Notes: generated by a model not told the origin, from the sequence alone. A stretch of DNA of 64,000 nt from Streptosporangiales bacterium (GCA_009379955.1 WHST01000016.1:10591-74590); one strand, 5' to 3'. Counted from the first letter of the stretch, positions 37,057-47,387 are shown. Translations and numbers: made by a program.

Positions 37057-37635
37057 GTGCGGACAGACCTGCAGGAGGCGACGGACGTCGACCTGCTGCG
37101 CTCGCACGTCGACGGTGACCCCGACGCGTTCGGCATCATCTGCCAACGGCACCGCAACCGGCTGTGGGCCGTCGCCTTCCGCACGATGGGCGACCGGGAA
37201 GAGGCGGCCGACGCGCTCCAGGACGCCCTGCTCTCCGCGTTCCGGCGCGCAAGCACGTTCCGGGGCGATGCCGCCGTCACCACCTGGCTGCACCGCATCG
37301 TCGTCAACGCATGCGTCGACCGCATGCGCCGTCGCTCCGCCCGCCCGACGAGCCCGCTGCCCGAGTACGAGACCCAGGAGGTCGGTGCGTCACAGGAGAG
37401 CGTGACCGGTCCCGATCCCGCCGTGGCGAGGGAGACCTCCCTCGAGGTCGAGAAGGCGCTGCAGATGCTGCCCTTCGAGCAGCGCGCCGCCCTGATCCTC
37501 GTCGACATGCAGGGGTACTCGGTCGAGGACTCCGCACGCATCCTCGGCTGCGCTCCCGGCACGATCAAGAGCCGGTGCGCACGCGGTCGGGCCAAGCTGC
37601 TGCCGCTCCTCGGCCACCTGCGGGACACCGCGTGA
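37057..37635 (+). CDS. sigM: ECF (sigma-70 family) RNA polymerase sigma factor, SigM position
   Basis: Region 2 (FRTMGDREEAADALQDALLSAFR) and region 4 (QRAALILVDMQGYSVEDSARILGCAPGTIKSRCARGRAKL). Synteny with Rv3911. Confidence 0.8.
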   Translation: MRTDLQEATDVDLLRSHVDGDPDAFGIICQRHRNRLWAVAFRTMGDREEAADALQDALLSAFRRASTFRGDAAVTTWLHRIVVNACVDRMRRRSARPTSPLPEYETQEVGASQESVTGPDPAVARETSLEVEKALQMLPFEQRAALILVDMQGYSVEDSARILGCAPGTIKSRCARGRAKLLPLLGHLRDTA

Positions 37636-37727
37636 GACCCGAGGGAGATCCCCGGCACCCGGGGGGAACGAAGGCGTCGTCCGGAACGTCGAACGCATGA
37701 CGTGCGGGAGGAGGTGAAGGGACGACT

Positions 37728-38570
37728 GTGACTGATCACCGTGGTGGCGCGCCACGATCTGGCGACGCTTCCGGACATTTCGACACCGACACTCTCGCTG
37801 ACCACGCCGAGGGCGTGCTGACCGGGGCCCTCGACACGCAGGTACGCACACACGTCGCGACGTGTGCGGACTGCCAGGGCGTCGTCGACCAGCTGACGTC
37901 GGTCAAGATGATGCTCTCCTCCCTTCCCGCACCTCCTCTTCCCGCGGATGTCTCCGCACGTATCGACGCCAGCCTGGCTCAGGCGCAGCACGAGCGCGCC
38001 AGCCTCGCGCGCGACCGGCAACCCACCGCGCGGCCCGCCGGCCGGCGGTCCTGGATCGCGTCGCTCCTCGTCCGACCACAGCTACTCGCCGGCGCCGCCG
38101 CTCTCATCGTGGCCCTGGCGTTCGTCGGCGGCTACTTCTCCACCCGTGGCGGCGACGGCGACACCCCCGACGCCGCGCAGTCCACCAACCAGGCGTTCCC
38201 GCCCGCCGACGGCCCGATGATGACGGGTCGGCTCTACAAGAAGGCCGACCTCGCGATCCAGGCCCGCGAGCTCGTCAAGGACAGCCGCACCGAGGGGTAC
38301 ACCCCGGATCCCGAGGCCAGCAGGCAGATCGACCAGGAGGTCAGGCGGCTCTCCGATCCGCAGGCGTTCTCCAGCTGCGTCGACGCGATCACGCACAGCC
38401 AGCCGTCCCGGATTGTCGCGGCCGACCTCGGCGAGTTCGACGGCAAGCCCGCCGCGATCGTCGTGATGGCCATCCCCGACAAGCCCGACAGCTACGAGAT
38501 CGCCGCGGTCGGCGCCGGCTGCCGGACCGGCGACGCGCGGATCCTGTACTCCAAGGTCGTACCGAAGTAG
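37728..38570 (+). CDS. Membrane anti-sigma factor with ZAS motif
   Basis: GTG 37728. HxxxCxxC motif: [10 protein letters not shown] helix: [19 protein letters not shown]. An extracytoplasmic C-terminal domain follows. Confidence 0.7.
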   Translation: MTDHRGGAPRSGDASGHFDTDTLADHAEGVLTGALDTQVRTHVATCADCQGVVDQLTSVKMMLSSLPAPPLPADVSARIDASLAQAQHERASLARDRQPTARPAGRRSWIASLLVRPQLLAGAAALIVALAFVGGYFSTRGGDGDTPDAAQSTNQAFPPADGPMMTGRLYKKADLAIQARELVKDSRTEGYTPDPEASRQIDQEVRRLSDPQAFSSCVDAITHSQPSRIVAADLGEFDGKPAAIVVMAIPDKPDSYEIAAVGAGCRTGDARILYSKVVPK

Positions 38571-38586
38571 AGCCGCTCGCCCCGTT

Positions 38587-38612
38587 GGAATGTGTCGCAC
38601 CTACGATCGGTT
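38587..38612 (+). promoter_or_regulatory. SigR/SigH-type promoter (GGAAT-N18-GTT) for trxB-trxA
   Basis: GGAAT at 38587-91, exactly 18 nt, then GTT at 38610-12. It lies 48 nt upstream of the trxB GTG 38660. Confidence 0.55.
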
Positions 38613-38659
38613 GATCCGAACGAGGGCGTCATCGCGCCCGGGTGACGAGAGGGCAGGTC

Positions 38660-39619
38660 GTGAGCGACATTCGGCAAGTGATCATCATCGGTTCCGGACC
38701 CGCCGGCTACACGGCGGCGTTGTACGCCTCACGCGCCCAGCTCCAACCGCTCGTGCTCGAGGGGTCGGTCACGTCCGGCGGCGCCCTGATGAACACCACC
38801 GACGTCGAGAACTTCCCCGGCTTCCCCGACGGGATCATGGGTCCCGACCTGATGGACCACCTACGCAAGCAGGCGGAACGCTTCGGCGCCGAACTGATCG
38901 CCGACGACGTCACCGCGGTCGACCTCGCCGGCGACGTGAAGACCGTCCACGTCGGCAACACCGAGTACCAGGCCCGCACCGTGATCCTCGCGACCGGTTC
39001 GAGCTATCGCGAGCTCGGTCTCCCCGACGAGAAGCGGCTCTCCGGGCACGGCGTGTCGTGGTGCGCGACGTGCGACGGGTTCTTCTTCCGCGACCAGGAC
39101 ATCGCCGTCGTCGGCGGCGGCGACTCCGCGATGGAGGAGGCACTGTTCCTCACCAGGTTCGGCAAGACCGTCACCATCATCCACCGGCGCGACGAGCTGC
39201 GCGCGAGCAAGATCATGCAGGAGCGCGCGTTCGCCAACGAGAAGATCCGCTTCGTCTGGAACGCACAGGTCGCGAGGATCCTCGGTGCGGACCGCGTCGA
39301 GGGCGTCGTGGTCGAGGACACCAGGACGGGGGAGGAGACGACCCTGTCCGTGGGCGGTCTGTTCATCGCCGTCGGTCACGAGCCGCGGTCGGAGCTCCTC
39401 GCCGGGCAGATCGATCTCGACGACGAGGGCTACGTCGAGGTCGAGCAACCGACGACGCGCACCAACCTGCCAGGCGTGTTCGCCGCGGGCGACGTCGTCG
39501 ACCATATTTACCGCCAGGCGGTGACCGCGGCGGGCACCGGCTGCGCCGCCGCACTCGACGCCGAGCGCTACCTCGCCGCGCTCGAGCACACGGCAACGGC
39601 GCAGGCGCCCACTCCGTGA
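38660..39619 (+). CDS. trxB: Thioredoxin-disulfide reductase
   Basis: ORF 38642..39619. FAD-binding [16 protein letters not shown], redox-active CATCDG, NADPH-binding [12 protein letters not shown]. Confidence 0.9.
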   Translation: MSDIRQVIIIGSGPAGYTAALYASRAQLQPLVLEGSVTSGGALMNTTDVENFPGFPDGIMGPDLMDHLRKQAERFGAELIADDVTAVDLAGDVKTVHVGNTEYQARTVILATGSSYRELGLPDEKRLSGHGVSWCATCDGFFFRDQDIAVVGGGDSAMEEALFLTRFGKTVTIIHRRDELRASKIMQERAFANEKIRFVWNAQVARILGADRVEGVVVEDTRTGEETTLSVGGLFIAVGHEPRSELLAGQIDLDDEGYVEVEQPTTRTNLPGVFAAGDVVDHIYRQAVTAAGTGCAAALDAERYLAALEHTATAQAPTP

Positions 39620-39696
39620 GCCTCCACCGCGACACCCGTCCCGGCACGCTACCGTCGAACAGCACCGCACCGGCCTCCAGACAAGGACCTGCTCTC

Positions 39697-40023
39697 ATGG
39701 GAGACAGCACCAAGACCGTCACCGACGCCAGCTTCACCACGGACGTGCTCGAGAGCTCGACCCCGGTGCTCGTGGACTTCTGGGCGGAGTGGTGCGCGCC
39801 GTGCCGGCTCGTCGCACCGGTGCTGGAGGAGATCGCCTCCGAGAACCCCGGCAAGATCCAGATCGCCAAGGTCAACATCGACGAGAACCCCGAGGTCGGG
39901 CGGCAGTACCAGGTCCTCAAGATCCCGACGCTGCTCCTGTTCAAGGACGGCGAGCTGGTCAAGCAGATCATCGGTGCCAAGCCGAAGGCCGCCTTGCTCA
40001 GCGAGCTCGACGACGTCCTCTGA
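39697..40023 (+). CDS. trxA: Thioredoxin
   Basis: Real part of ORF 38590..40023, from ATG 39697. 108 aa with [14 protein letters not shown]. Confidence 0.95.
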   Translation: MGDSTKTVTDASFTTDVLESSTPVLVDFWAEWCAPCRLVAPVLEEIASENPGKIQIAKVNIDENPEVGRQYQVLKIPTLLLFKDGELVKQIIGAKPKAALLSELDDVL

Positions 40024-40035
40024 CCGCGGGTCCCT

Positions 40036-40893
40036 TTGCACGTCCTGTCGATCCAGTCGTCCGTTGCTTACGGCCACGTGGGCAACTCCTCGGCGACGTT
40101 TCCCCTGCAACGCCTCGGCATCGAGGTCTCGCCGGTCATCACCGTGCACTTCTCCAACCACACCGGCTATGGCAAATGGCGCGGTCCGGTGCTCGACGCC
40201 GCCGACATCGCCGAGGTGATCACCGGGATCGAGGAGCGGGGAGTGCTCGGCACCGTCGACGCCGTCCTCTCCGGGTATCTCGGTGACGCGACCCTGGGCG
40301 AGGTCGTCCTCGACACCGTCCGTCGCGTACGCGCCGCCAACCCGCGGGCCGTCTACTGCTGCGACCCGGTCATGGGTGACGTCGGACGCGGCATGTTCGT
40401 CCGACCGGAGATCCCCGGCTTCATGCGCGACCACGCCGTGCCGGCGGCGGAAGTCGTCACCCCCAACCAGTTCGAGCTCGAGTACCTCACGTCGTCGACC
40501 GTCAAGACACTCGACGACGCGCTCGCCGCGGCGGCGGCACTGCGTGCTCGCGGACCGCGGGTCGTGCTCGTCACCAGCCTGGTGCGCGACGGCGGCAGCG
40601 CGGACGAGATCGAGCTGCTGGCGGCGACCGACGACGAGGCGTACCTCGTGTCGACACCGCTACTGCCGCTCAGCGTCAACGGCGCGGGCGACATGACGGC
40701 GGCACTGTTCCTCGCCCACTGGTTCCGCACCGGCGAACTGGCGACGGCGCTCGAGCACACCGCGAACAGCGTCTACGCAGTCATGGATGAGACGCATCGC
40801 GCCGAGGCCAGGGAAATCCGGCTGATCGCGGCTCAGGACGCGATCGCGCAGCCACCTGCCAGATTCACGGCCACCCGCGTCGACGGTGGCTGA
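40036..40893 (+). CDS. pdxY: Pyridoxal/pyridoxamine kinase
   Basis: TTG start 40036. [27 protein letters not shown] and [12 protein letters not shown] (ribokinase-fold anion hole). Confidence 0.8.
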   Translation: MHVLSIQSSVAYGHVGNSSATFPLQRLGIEVSPVITVHFSNHTGYGKWRGPVLDAADIAEVITGIEERGVLGTVDAVLSGYLGDATLGEVVLDTVRRVRAANPRAVYCCDPVMGDVGRGMFVRPEIPGFMRDHAVPAAEVVTPNQFELEYLTSSTVKTLDDALAAAAALRARGPRVVLVTSLVRDGGSADEIELLAATDDEAYLVSTPLLPLSVNGAGDMTAALFLAHWFRTGELATALEHTANSVYAVMDETHRAEAREIRLIAAQDAIAQPPARFTATRVDGG

Positions 40894-40938
40894 CATGGCG
40901 CGGACTACCATGCTGATCTGTCCGAGAACGCGAGTGAG

Positions 40939-42132
40939 GTGGCGGCCCGAACCGTGCACGACGAGTCGCCCGATGGGGTTACCACGATGATGTCCTTCCA
41001 CCCGTTCGGCCTCGGCGCCCGTGGTGACAAGGTCGGCGTCGTCCACGTCCGCCTCGTCGCCCTGGGCCTGCTGTCCGACGGCCCGTCGACGGACGGCTCT
41101 GTGCCGGTCTACGACGCGACGCTCGAGACCGCGGTCAGGTACTTCCAGCAGTCCCGCGGGCTGACGGTCGACGGCATCGTCGGCCCGGAGACGTTCCGCG
41201 CGCTCGAGGACTCGCGCTGGCAGCTCGGCGACCGGGTCCTGTTCTACAGCCCCGGCCGGCTGATGACCGGCGACGACATCGGCGTGCTGCAGCGCCGCCT
41301 GCTCGAGCTCGGGTTCGACTGCGGCAAGTCCGACGGCGTCTTCGGCACCCAGACCTCTGTCGCGCTGCGCGACTTCCAGCGCAACACCGGCCTCCAGGTC
41401 GACGGCACCTGCGGACCGAGCACGTTCAAGGCGTTCTCCCGGCTCACGCGGACGGTCGTCGGCGGCCAGGCACACGCTCTCCGCGAGTCCGCGCGGCTGT
41501 TCCGCAACGGGCACCAGCACGCCGGCCGGGTCATCGTGATCGACCCCGGCCATGGCCCGGCCGAGCCCGGCGTCGTGTGCGATGGGCTCACCGAGGCGGA
41601 GCTGGTGTGGGACATCGCGTCGCGCGCCGAGGGACGCCTCACCGCGCTCGGCGTCCAGGCGTACCTGTCCCGCGGCCGGCACGGTGACCCCGACGACGAG
41701 ACGCGGGCGGGCTTCGCCAACGAGGCCGACGCCGACGTGCTGGTCTCCCTGCACATCGACGGGCACGTCAATCCGGACGCGTGCGGCGCCGCGACGTACT
41801 ACTTCGGCAGCCCGGTGACCGGCCAGCACTCGGCCCTGGGCAAGCAGTTCGCCGAGCTCGTCCTGCGCGAGATGGTCGCCCGCACCGACCTGCTCGACTG
41901 CCACACCCACCCGAAGACCTGGGACCTGCTGCGGCTCACCCGCATGCCGACGATCCGGCTCGAGGCGGGCTACCTCACCAACCCGGGCGACCGGGAACGC
42001 CTGCGGCGTCCCGAGTTCCGCGACGCGATCGCCGAGTCGGTGTGCGCGGCCGTCCAGCGACTCTTCCTGCCGCCGGACCACGATGCACCAACCGGCACAC
42101 TGCGCATACCCGCTGATCTGCGCGCGGGCTGA
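40939..42132 (+). CDS. cwlM: N-acetylmuramoyl-L-alanine amidase-fold protein with two peptidoglycan-binding domains (CwlM)
   Basis: Two PG_binding_1 repeats (YFQQSRGLTVDGIVGPETF and FQRNTGLQVDGTCGPSTF) plus Amidase_3 (VIVIDPGHG...LVSLHIDG). Position matches Rv3915. The start (40939 versus ATG ~40984) is uncertain. Confidence 0.8.
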   Translation: MAARTVHDESPDGVTTMMSFHPFGLGARGDKVGVVHVRLVALGLLSDGPSTDGSVPVYDATLETAVRYFQQSRGLTVDGIVGPETFRALEDSRWQLGDRVLFYSPGRLMTGDDIGVLQRRLLELGFDCGKSDGVFGTQTSVALRDFQRNTGLQVDGTCGPSTFKAFSRLTRTVVGGQAHALRESARLFRNGHQHAGRVIVIDPGHGPAEPGVVCDGLTEAELVWDIASRAEGRLTALGVQAYLSRGRHGDPDDETRAGFANEADADVLVSLHIDGHVNPDACGAATYYFGSPVTGQHSALGKQFAELVLREMVARTDLLDCHTHPKTWDLLRLTRMPTIRLEAGYLTNPGDRERLRRPEFRDAIAESVCAAVQRLFLPPDHDAPTGTLRIPADLRAG

Positions 42133-42149
42133 GCAGACGAGGGCCCACC

Positions 42150-42770
42150 ATGACACGCCGCATCGCGCAGATCACGCTCGACAATCTCGACGACCTGCCG
42201 GTGCGCTGCCGCCGATGCGTGTTCTGGGAGCTCGATCCCGTCAGTGCGGACCGCGCGACCGCGGGCGGCACCACAGACCTCGAGAAGGAGGCCTGGGTGT
42301 CGGGCGTCCTCCTGGAGTGGGGGAGCTGCGGGTGCGTCGCGTACGTCGACGACATGCCCGCGGGCTTCATCATGTACGCGGCGCCGTCGTTCGTCCCGCG
42401 GTCCGGCGCGTTCCCGACGAGTCCGGTGAGTGCCGACGCGGTGCTGCTCACCGTCGCGCACATCCTTCCCGACTTCGCCGGGGGAGGGTTGGGACGGATC
42501 CTGATCCAGAATCTCGCCAAGGACCTCCTCCGGCACGGGGTCAGGGCGGTCGAGGTCTTCGGCGACGCGCGCTGGAACGGCCCGTCCTGCCTGCTCCCCG
42601 TCGACTTCCTGCTCTCGGTCGGGTTCAAGACCGTCCGGCCCCATCACCGCTTCCCGCGGCTGCGGCTGGAGCTGAAGTCGGCGCTGAGCTGGCGCGAGGA
42701 CGTCGAGGTGGCACTCGAGCGGCTCCTCGGCTCCATCCCCGCGCCGGACCGGGCCCTGCGACCCATCTGA
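42150..42770 (+). CDS. Conserved actinobacterial protein, acetyltransferase-like (Rv3916c-like by context)
   Basis: 206 aa. N-terminal CxxC (VRCRRCVFWELD) and a GNAT-like core (FAGGGLGRILIQNLAKDL). The family call is tentative. Confidence 0.5.
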   Translation: MTRRIAQITLDNLDDLPVRCRRCVFWELDPVSADRATAGGTTDLEKEAWVSGVLLEWGSCGCVAYVDDMPAGFIMYAAPSFVPRSGAFPTSPVSADAVLLTVAHILPDFAGGGLGRILIQNLAKDLLRHGVRAVEVFGDARWNGPSCLLPVDFLLSVGFKTVRPHHRFPRLRLELKSALSWREDVEVALERLLGSIPAPDRALRPI

Positions 42771-42898
42771 GCGGCTCTCCGCGCGGTCGCGTCGACTCCT
42801 CGTTTTGTCGACAAGTCGCTATCTCGACCGCTGGACAGTCGCGGGGCCGTTCCCGACCGGCGGGTACGCTCGACCGAGGCCCGACAGTGGGGAGGCGT

Positions 42899-44227
42899 AT
42901 GTCCACCGCAAGCACACCGGACGGGATGCCCACGGGTTCACCCGCCGTCCTGGTCGACCCGCACGTGGACCGCTACGCCGCCCGGGCGCGCGGCATGGTC
43001 GCGTCCGAGATCCGGGCGCTCTTCGCGGTCGCGTCGAGACCGGAGATCGTCGGACTGGCCGGCGGCATGCCGTACGTCTCCGCGCTCCCACTCGACGTCG
43101 TCGGCGACATGTTCGACGACCTCGTCGCGTCGCGTGGTGCGGTCGCACTCCAGTACGGCAGTGCCCAGGGTGACCCGCGGTTGCGTGAGCAGATCTGCGA
43201 GGTCATGGCGTTGGAGGGCATCGGTGCGCATGCCGACGACGTCGTCGTCACCGTGGGCTCGCAGGGCGCCCTCGACCTGATCGGCAGGATCTTCCTCGAC
43301 CCCGGTGACGTCGTGCTCGCCGAGGCGCCGTCGTATGTCGGTGCTCTCGGGGTGTTCGCCTCGTACCAGGCCGAGGTCGTGCACGTGCCCATGGACGACG
43401 AGGGGCTGCAGCCCGAGGCGCTCCGGGAGTCGCTCGACCGACTGGCCAGGGCAGGCAAGCGCCCGAAGCTGCTCTACACGGTCCCCAACTTCCACAACCC
43501 CGCCGGTGTCACGCTCGCCGCCTCGCGGCGTGCCGAGGTACTCGAGATCGCCCAGACGGCCGGCGTCCTCGTCCTGGAGGACAACCCGTACGGCCTGCTC
43601 GGCTTCGACAGCGAGCCGATGCGGGCAGTGCGAGCCGACGACGGCCAGTCCGTGGTCTACCTCGGGTCGTTCTCGAAGACGTTCGCCCCCGGTCTGCGGA
43701 TTGGCTGGGCGCTGGCTCCGCAGGGAGTGAAGGAGAAGCTCGTGCTCGCGGCCGAGGCCGGCATCCTCAGCCACTCGGTGATCTGCCAGCTCGCGATCAG
43801 CCAGTACCTGGAGAACCATTCCTGGCTCGACCAGATCAAGGCGTTCCGCGAGCTGTACCGGGAACGGCGCGACGCCATGCTCGGCGCGCTCGACGCCGTC
43901 ATGCCCGACAGCTGCACGTGGACCCGCCCCGCCGGCGGCTTCTACGTCTGGCTCACGGTGCCCGAAGGGATCGACACCAAGGCGATGCTGGCGCGTGCCG
44001 TCGGGGCCAGGGTCGCGTACGTCCCCGGCAGTGCGTTCTTCGCCGACGGCACCCTGGGGTCGCGTCACATGCGGCTGTCGTACTGCTATCCCGAACCCGA
44101 CCGCATCCGTGAGGGCGTCCGCCGGCTCGGCGGCGTCATCGAGCAGGAGCTCGAGGTGCGTGCGACGTTCGGCACGACAGGCACGCCGGCGCGCGGCATC
44201 GACCGGCCGCCGCCCAATCTCGCCTGA
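42899..44227 (+). CDS. PLP-dependent aminotransferase (class I/II, 2-aminoadipate/MocR-effector-like, no HTH)
   Basis: Real part of ORF 42083..44227, from ATG 42899 (GGGGAGG RBS). Motifs: LAGGMPY, YGSAQGDPRLRE, SFSKTFAPGLRIGW (PLP Lys). Confidence 0.8.
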   Translation: MSTASTPDGMPTGSPAVLVDPHVDRYAARARGMVASEIRALFAVASRPEIVGLAGGMPYVSALPLDVVGDMFDDLVASRGAVALQYGSAQGDPRLREQICEVMALEGIGAHADDVVVTVGSQGALDLIGRIFLDPGDVVLAEAPSYVGALGVFASYQAEVVHVPMDDEGLQPEALRESLDRLARAGKRPKLLYTVPNFHNPAGVTLAASRRAEVLEIAQTAGVLVLEDNPYGLLGFDSEPMRAVRADDGQSVVYLGSFSKTFAPGLRIGWALAPQGVKEKLVLAAEAGILSHSVICQLAISQYLENHSWLDQIKAFRELYRERRDAMLGALDAVMPDSCTWTRPAGGFYVWLTVPEGIDTKAMLARAVGARVAYVPGSAFFADGTLGSRHMRLSYCYPEPDRIREGVRRLGGVIEQELEVRATFGTTGTPARGIDRPPPNLA

Positions 44228-44272
44228 GCCCGTCCCTTCCCGATCCCGCGACCCGCGACGAAGTGAGGTCTG

Positions 44273-45229
44273 ATGAGCGGTCTGACTGGACCCGTGGTGG
44301 TGCTCGCCGGCGGGCTGTCACACGAGCGAGACGTCTCCCTGCGGTCCGGTCGCCGGATCGCCGACGCGCTGCGTGAGGTGGGCGTCGAGGTCGACGAGCG
44401 CGACGTCGACTCCGACCTGGTGCCTGCGCTCTCCGACGACCGGCCGGCCGCGGTGTTCCCCGTGGTACACGGAGCGACGGGGGAGGACGGCGCCATCCGT
44501 GAGATCCTCGAGCTGCTCGGCGTCCCGTACGTCGGCTCCCGCCCGGCCTCGTGCCGGTTGGCGTTCGACAAGCCGACCGCGAAGTCGATCCTCGGCGCGG
44601 CCGGTCTGGCGACACCGCCCGCCGTGGTGCTGCCGCACGAGACGTTTCGCGACCTCGGTGCGGCCGCCGTCCTCGACCGGATCGTCGCCCGCTTCGGGCT
44701 GCCACTCGTGGTGAAGCCCGCGCGGGGCGGCAGCGCCCTCGGCGTGTCCGTCGTGCGCGACCCGGCCGGCCTGCCCGCAGCGATGGTGGGGTGCTTCTCC
44801 TACGGCGACACGGCACTCGTGGAGACGTACGTCGCCGGCACCGAGGTCGCCGTCGGTGTCGTCGACACCGGCGACGGTCCCGCGGCGTTGCCCGCCGTCG
44901 AGATCGTGCCGAGCGACGAGGGTGGATACGACTACGCGGCCCGCTACACCGCGGGACAGACCGACTTCTTCTGCCCGGCGCGGCTGTCCGTCGACACCGA
45001 GAAGGCGGTCCAGGAGGCGGCCCTGCTGGCTCACCACGCACTCGGCCTGCGTGACGTGTCCCGCAGTGACATCATCGTCGCCGAGACCGGCGAGGTCTAC
45101 GTGCTCGAGGTCAACGTGGCACCCGGCATGACCGAGACGAGCACGCTGCCGATGGCCGTCCAGAACACCCACCGGGCGTTCGGCGACGTGTGCCGTGATC
45201 TGGTGCAGGTGGCGGTCGACCGGGGCTAA
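44273..45229 (+). CDS. ddl: D-alanine--D-alanine ligase (short DdlB-like form)
   Basis: Motifs: [66 protein letters not shown]. Its TAA stop (45227-29) overlaps the parB stop (45226-28) on the other strand. Confidence 0.85.
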   Translation: MSGLTGPVVVLAGGLSHERDVSLRSGRRIADALREVGVEVDERDVDSDLVPALSDDRPAAVFPVVHGATGEDGAIREILELLGVPYVGSRPASCRLAFDKPTAKSILGAAGLATPPAVVLPHETFRDLGAAAVLDRIVARFGLPLVVKPARGGSALGVSVVRDPAGLPAAMVGCFSYGDTALVETYVAGTEVAVGVVDTGDGPAALPAVEIVPSDEGGYDYAARYTAGQTDFFCPARLSVDTEKAVQEAALLAHHALGLRDVSRSDIIVAETGEVYVLEVNVAPGMTETSTLPMAVQNTHRAFGDVCRDLVQVAVDRG

Positions 45230-46158
45230 CCGGCCGTCGGTCGGTGGTCGAGCGTCGGCGCCATCAGGCCGACGAGGCGTTCGAGGTCTTCCAACGAGGC
45301 GAACTCGACGACGATCCTGCCCTTCCGGGCGCCCAGGTCGACCCGTACCCGGGTGTCGAACACGTCGGAGAGCTTGCCGGCGAGATCCTCGACGCCGGGC
45401 GCGACCGGGCGCTTCTGCGACCGGCGGCGTGGCTTGTCTTCCTCGCCCGCGACCCCGGTGGTCACGAGCTCCTCGACGTTGCGGACGGAGAGGCCCTCGG
45501 CAACGATCCGGCTCGCCAGCCGCTCCTGCGCGGCGCCACTGTCCAGCGCCAGCAGGGCACGGGCGTGACCCGCGGAGATCACGCCGGCGGCGACCCGGCG
45601 TTGCACGGGTGCCGAGAGACGCAGCAGCCGCAGGGTGTTGGTGATCTGCGAGCGTGAGCGGCCGATGCGGCTGGCGAGCTCGTCGTGCGTGCTGGAGAAG
45701 TCGTCGAGAAGCTGCTGGTACGCCGCAGCCTCCTCGAGCGGGTTGAGTTGTGCCCGGTGCAGGTTCTCCAGCAACGCGTCGCGCAGCATCGCGTCGTCGT
45801 TGGTCTCCCTGACGATCGCGGGGATGCGCTCGAGGCCGGCCTCCTTGGAGGCGCGCCACCGGCGTTCGCCCATGATGAGCTGGTACGAGCCGCCGCTGAG
45901 GTGGCGCACCACGACCGGCTGGAGCAGGCCGACCGCCCTGATCGACGCGACGAGCTCGGCCAGCGCCTCCTCGTCCATGACCTGGCGGGGCTGCCGGGGG
46001 TTCGGCTCGATGGCATCGACGGGCACCTCGACCAGATGGGCACCGGGAACGGCGTCGGGTTGCTCGGGTCCCGGCGTCGTGGCCGTGCCGCCCTGGGGCA
46101 CGCCCGTCGGGATCAGGGACGCCAGTCCACGGCCGAGGCCACGCCGTTGCTCGTTCAT
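45226..46158 (-). CDS. parB: Chromosome partitioning protein ParB
   Basis: Motifs: [36 protein letters not shown]: [23 protein letters not shown]. Confidence 0.9.
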   Translation of the reverse strand: MNEQRRGLGRGLASLIPTGVPQGGTATTPGPEQPDAVPGAHLVEVPVDAIEPNPRQPRQVMDEEALAELVASIRAVGLLQPVVVRHLSGGSYQLIMGERRWRASKEAGLERIPAIVRETNDDAMLRDALLENLHRAQLNPLEEAAAYQQLLDDFSSTHDELASRIGRSRSQITNTLRLLRLSAPVQRRVAAGVISAGHARALLALDSGAAQERLASRIVAEGLSVRNVEELVTTGVAGEEDKPRRRSQKRPVAPGVEDLAGKLSDVFDTRVRVDLGARKGRIVVEFASLEDLERLVGLMAPTLDHRPTAG

Positions 46159-46177
46159 CCACTCACCTCGTCGACGG

Positions 46178-47380
46178 TCACTGGTCCGGTCCGGGGGTCG
46201 TGGGGAGAGAGTCGGCGCGCTGTGCCATCTCCCGCGCAGCCTCGAGGTACGAGAGCGCTCCCGTCGACCCGGGGTCGTACGTCATCACGGTCTGCGCGTA
46301 GCTCGGCGCCTCGGAGATGCGGACGCTCCGCGGCACCACCGTCGACAGGACGCGGTCGCCGAAATGCGAGCGCACCTCGTCGGCGACCTGGGAGGACAGC
46401 CGAGTGCGCCCGTCATACATCGTCAGCAGGATCGTCGACACGTCGAGCTCGGGGTTGAGGTGGGACTTCACCATGTCAATGTTGTGGAGCAGCTGCCCCA
46501 GCCCTTCCAGGGCGTAGTACTCGCACTGGATCGGGATCAGGACCTCGCTGCTGGCCACCAACGCGTTGACGGTGAGCAGTCCGAGAGAGGGCGGGCAGTC
46601 GATGAAGATGTAGTCGACCTCGGCCTTTTCCAGCACGGGTTCCAGCGCACGCTTGAGCCGGCTCTCCCGGGCCACCATGGGCACCAGCTCGATCTCCGCG
46701 CCCGCGAGGTCGATGGTGGCGGGGATGCAGAACAGGCGCTGGATGTCGGACGCCGGCTTCACCATGTCGAGCATCGGGGTGTTGCCGACGAGAGCGTCGT
46801 AGACCGAGGTCGTCCCCGACCGGTGCTCCACACCGAGAGCAGTCGAGGCGTTGCCCTGGGGGTCAAGGTCGACGACGAGGACGCGGAGGTTGTTCAGAGC
46901 GAGCGAGGCGGCCAGGTTGACCGTCGACGTCGTCTTACCGACGCCGCCCTTCTGGTTCGCCACGACGAAGACACGTGGCGCCTTCGGCCGCGGCCAGTTA
47001 CCGGCTCTCACCGCGGCACGCCCCTGCAGGATCGCCTGGGTCTCGCGAGCGATCGGGGTGTCGGCGAAGTCGTCGTCACCTTCGATGCCGGCCGCGATGG
47101 TCGAGGCCGTCGAGAAGGTGGGGACGTACTCGGTTTCACGTGAAACATCGTCGCCCGAGTCGGGGGCCTCGGTCGTCCCACCATCCACAGGAATCGCGTC
47201 CGTTTCACGTGAAACATCGTCGCCGTCGTTCTCCCCCCTGCCGATCCAGCCTAGTGGTGTAGGCATGCTCGCACGACCACCGGACGCCTCGTCGGACCTC
47301 GCGATGCCGGACTCGGTCGACTCGTGCCCGACCGTGGGCCACCCCAGCTCGGAGCTCACCCCACCACCTCCTCGTGCCAC
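46178..47380 (-). CDS. parA: Chromosome partitioning ATPase ParA/Soj with a ~130-aa N-terminal extension
   Basis: Deviant Walker A: [15 protein letters not shown]. The N-terminal extension contains GDDVSRET twice, each encoded by a parS site. The true start within the extension is uncertain. Confidence 0.9.
   Translation of the reverse strand: MARGGGGVSSELGWPTVGHESTESGIARSDEASGGRASMPTPLGWIGRGENDGDDVSRETDAIPVDGGTTEAPDSGDDVSRETEYVPTFSTASTIAAGIEGDDDFADTPIARETQAILQGRAAVRAGNWPRPKAPRVFVVANQKGGVGKTTSTVNLAASLALNNLRVLVVDLDPQGNASTALGVEHRSGTTSVYDALVGNTPMLDMVKPASDIQRLFCIPATIDLAGAEIELVPMVARESRLKRALEPVLEKAEVDYIFIDCPPSLGLLTVNALVASSEVLIPIQCEYYALEGLGQLLHNIDMVKSHLNPELDVSTILLTMYDGRTRLSSQVADEVRSHFGDRVLSTVVPRSVRISEAPSYAQTVMTYDPGSTGALSYLEAAREMAQRADSLPTTPGPDQ
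47132..47147. other. parS centromere-like site 1
   Basis: GGTTTCACGTGAAACA matches 15/16 to the consensus TGTTTCACGTGAAACA. Confidence 0.85.
47201..47216. other. parS centromere-like site 2
   Basis: CGTTTCACGTGAAACA matches 15/16 to the parS consensus. It lies 69 bp from site 1. The shared 23-bp unit GTTTCACGTGAAACATCGTCGCC occurs at 47133-55 and 47202-24. Confidence 0.85.
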
Positions 47381-47387
47381 CGCGCAG

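Noticed and set aside
42805-42814. A perfect 10-bp palindrome, TTGTCGACAA, in the gap upstream of the aminotransferase gene.
   Set aside because: It is too short to be significant on its own. Tens of 10-bp palindromes are expected by chance in this window. No second copy or matching regulator was seen, so it is recorded only as a possible operator.
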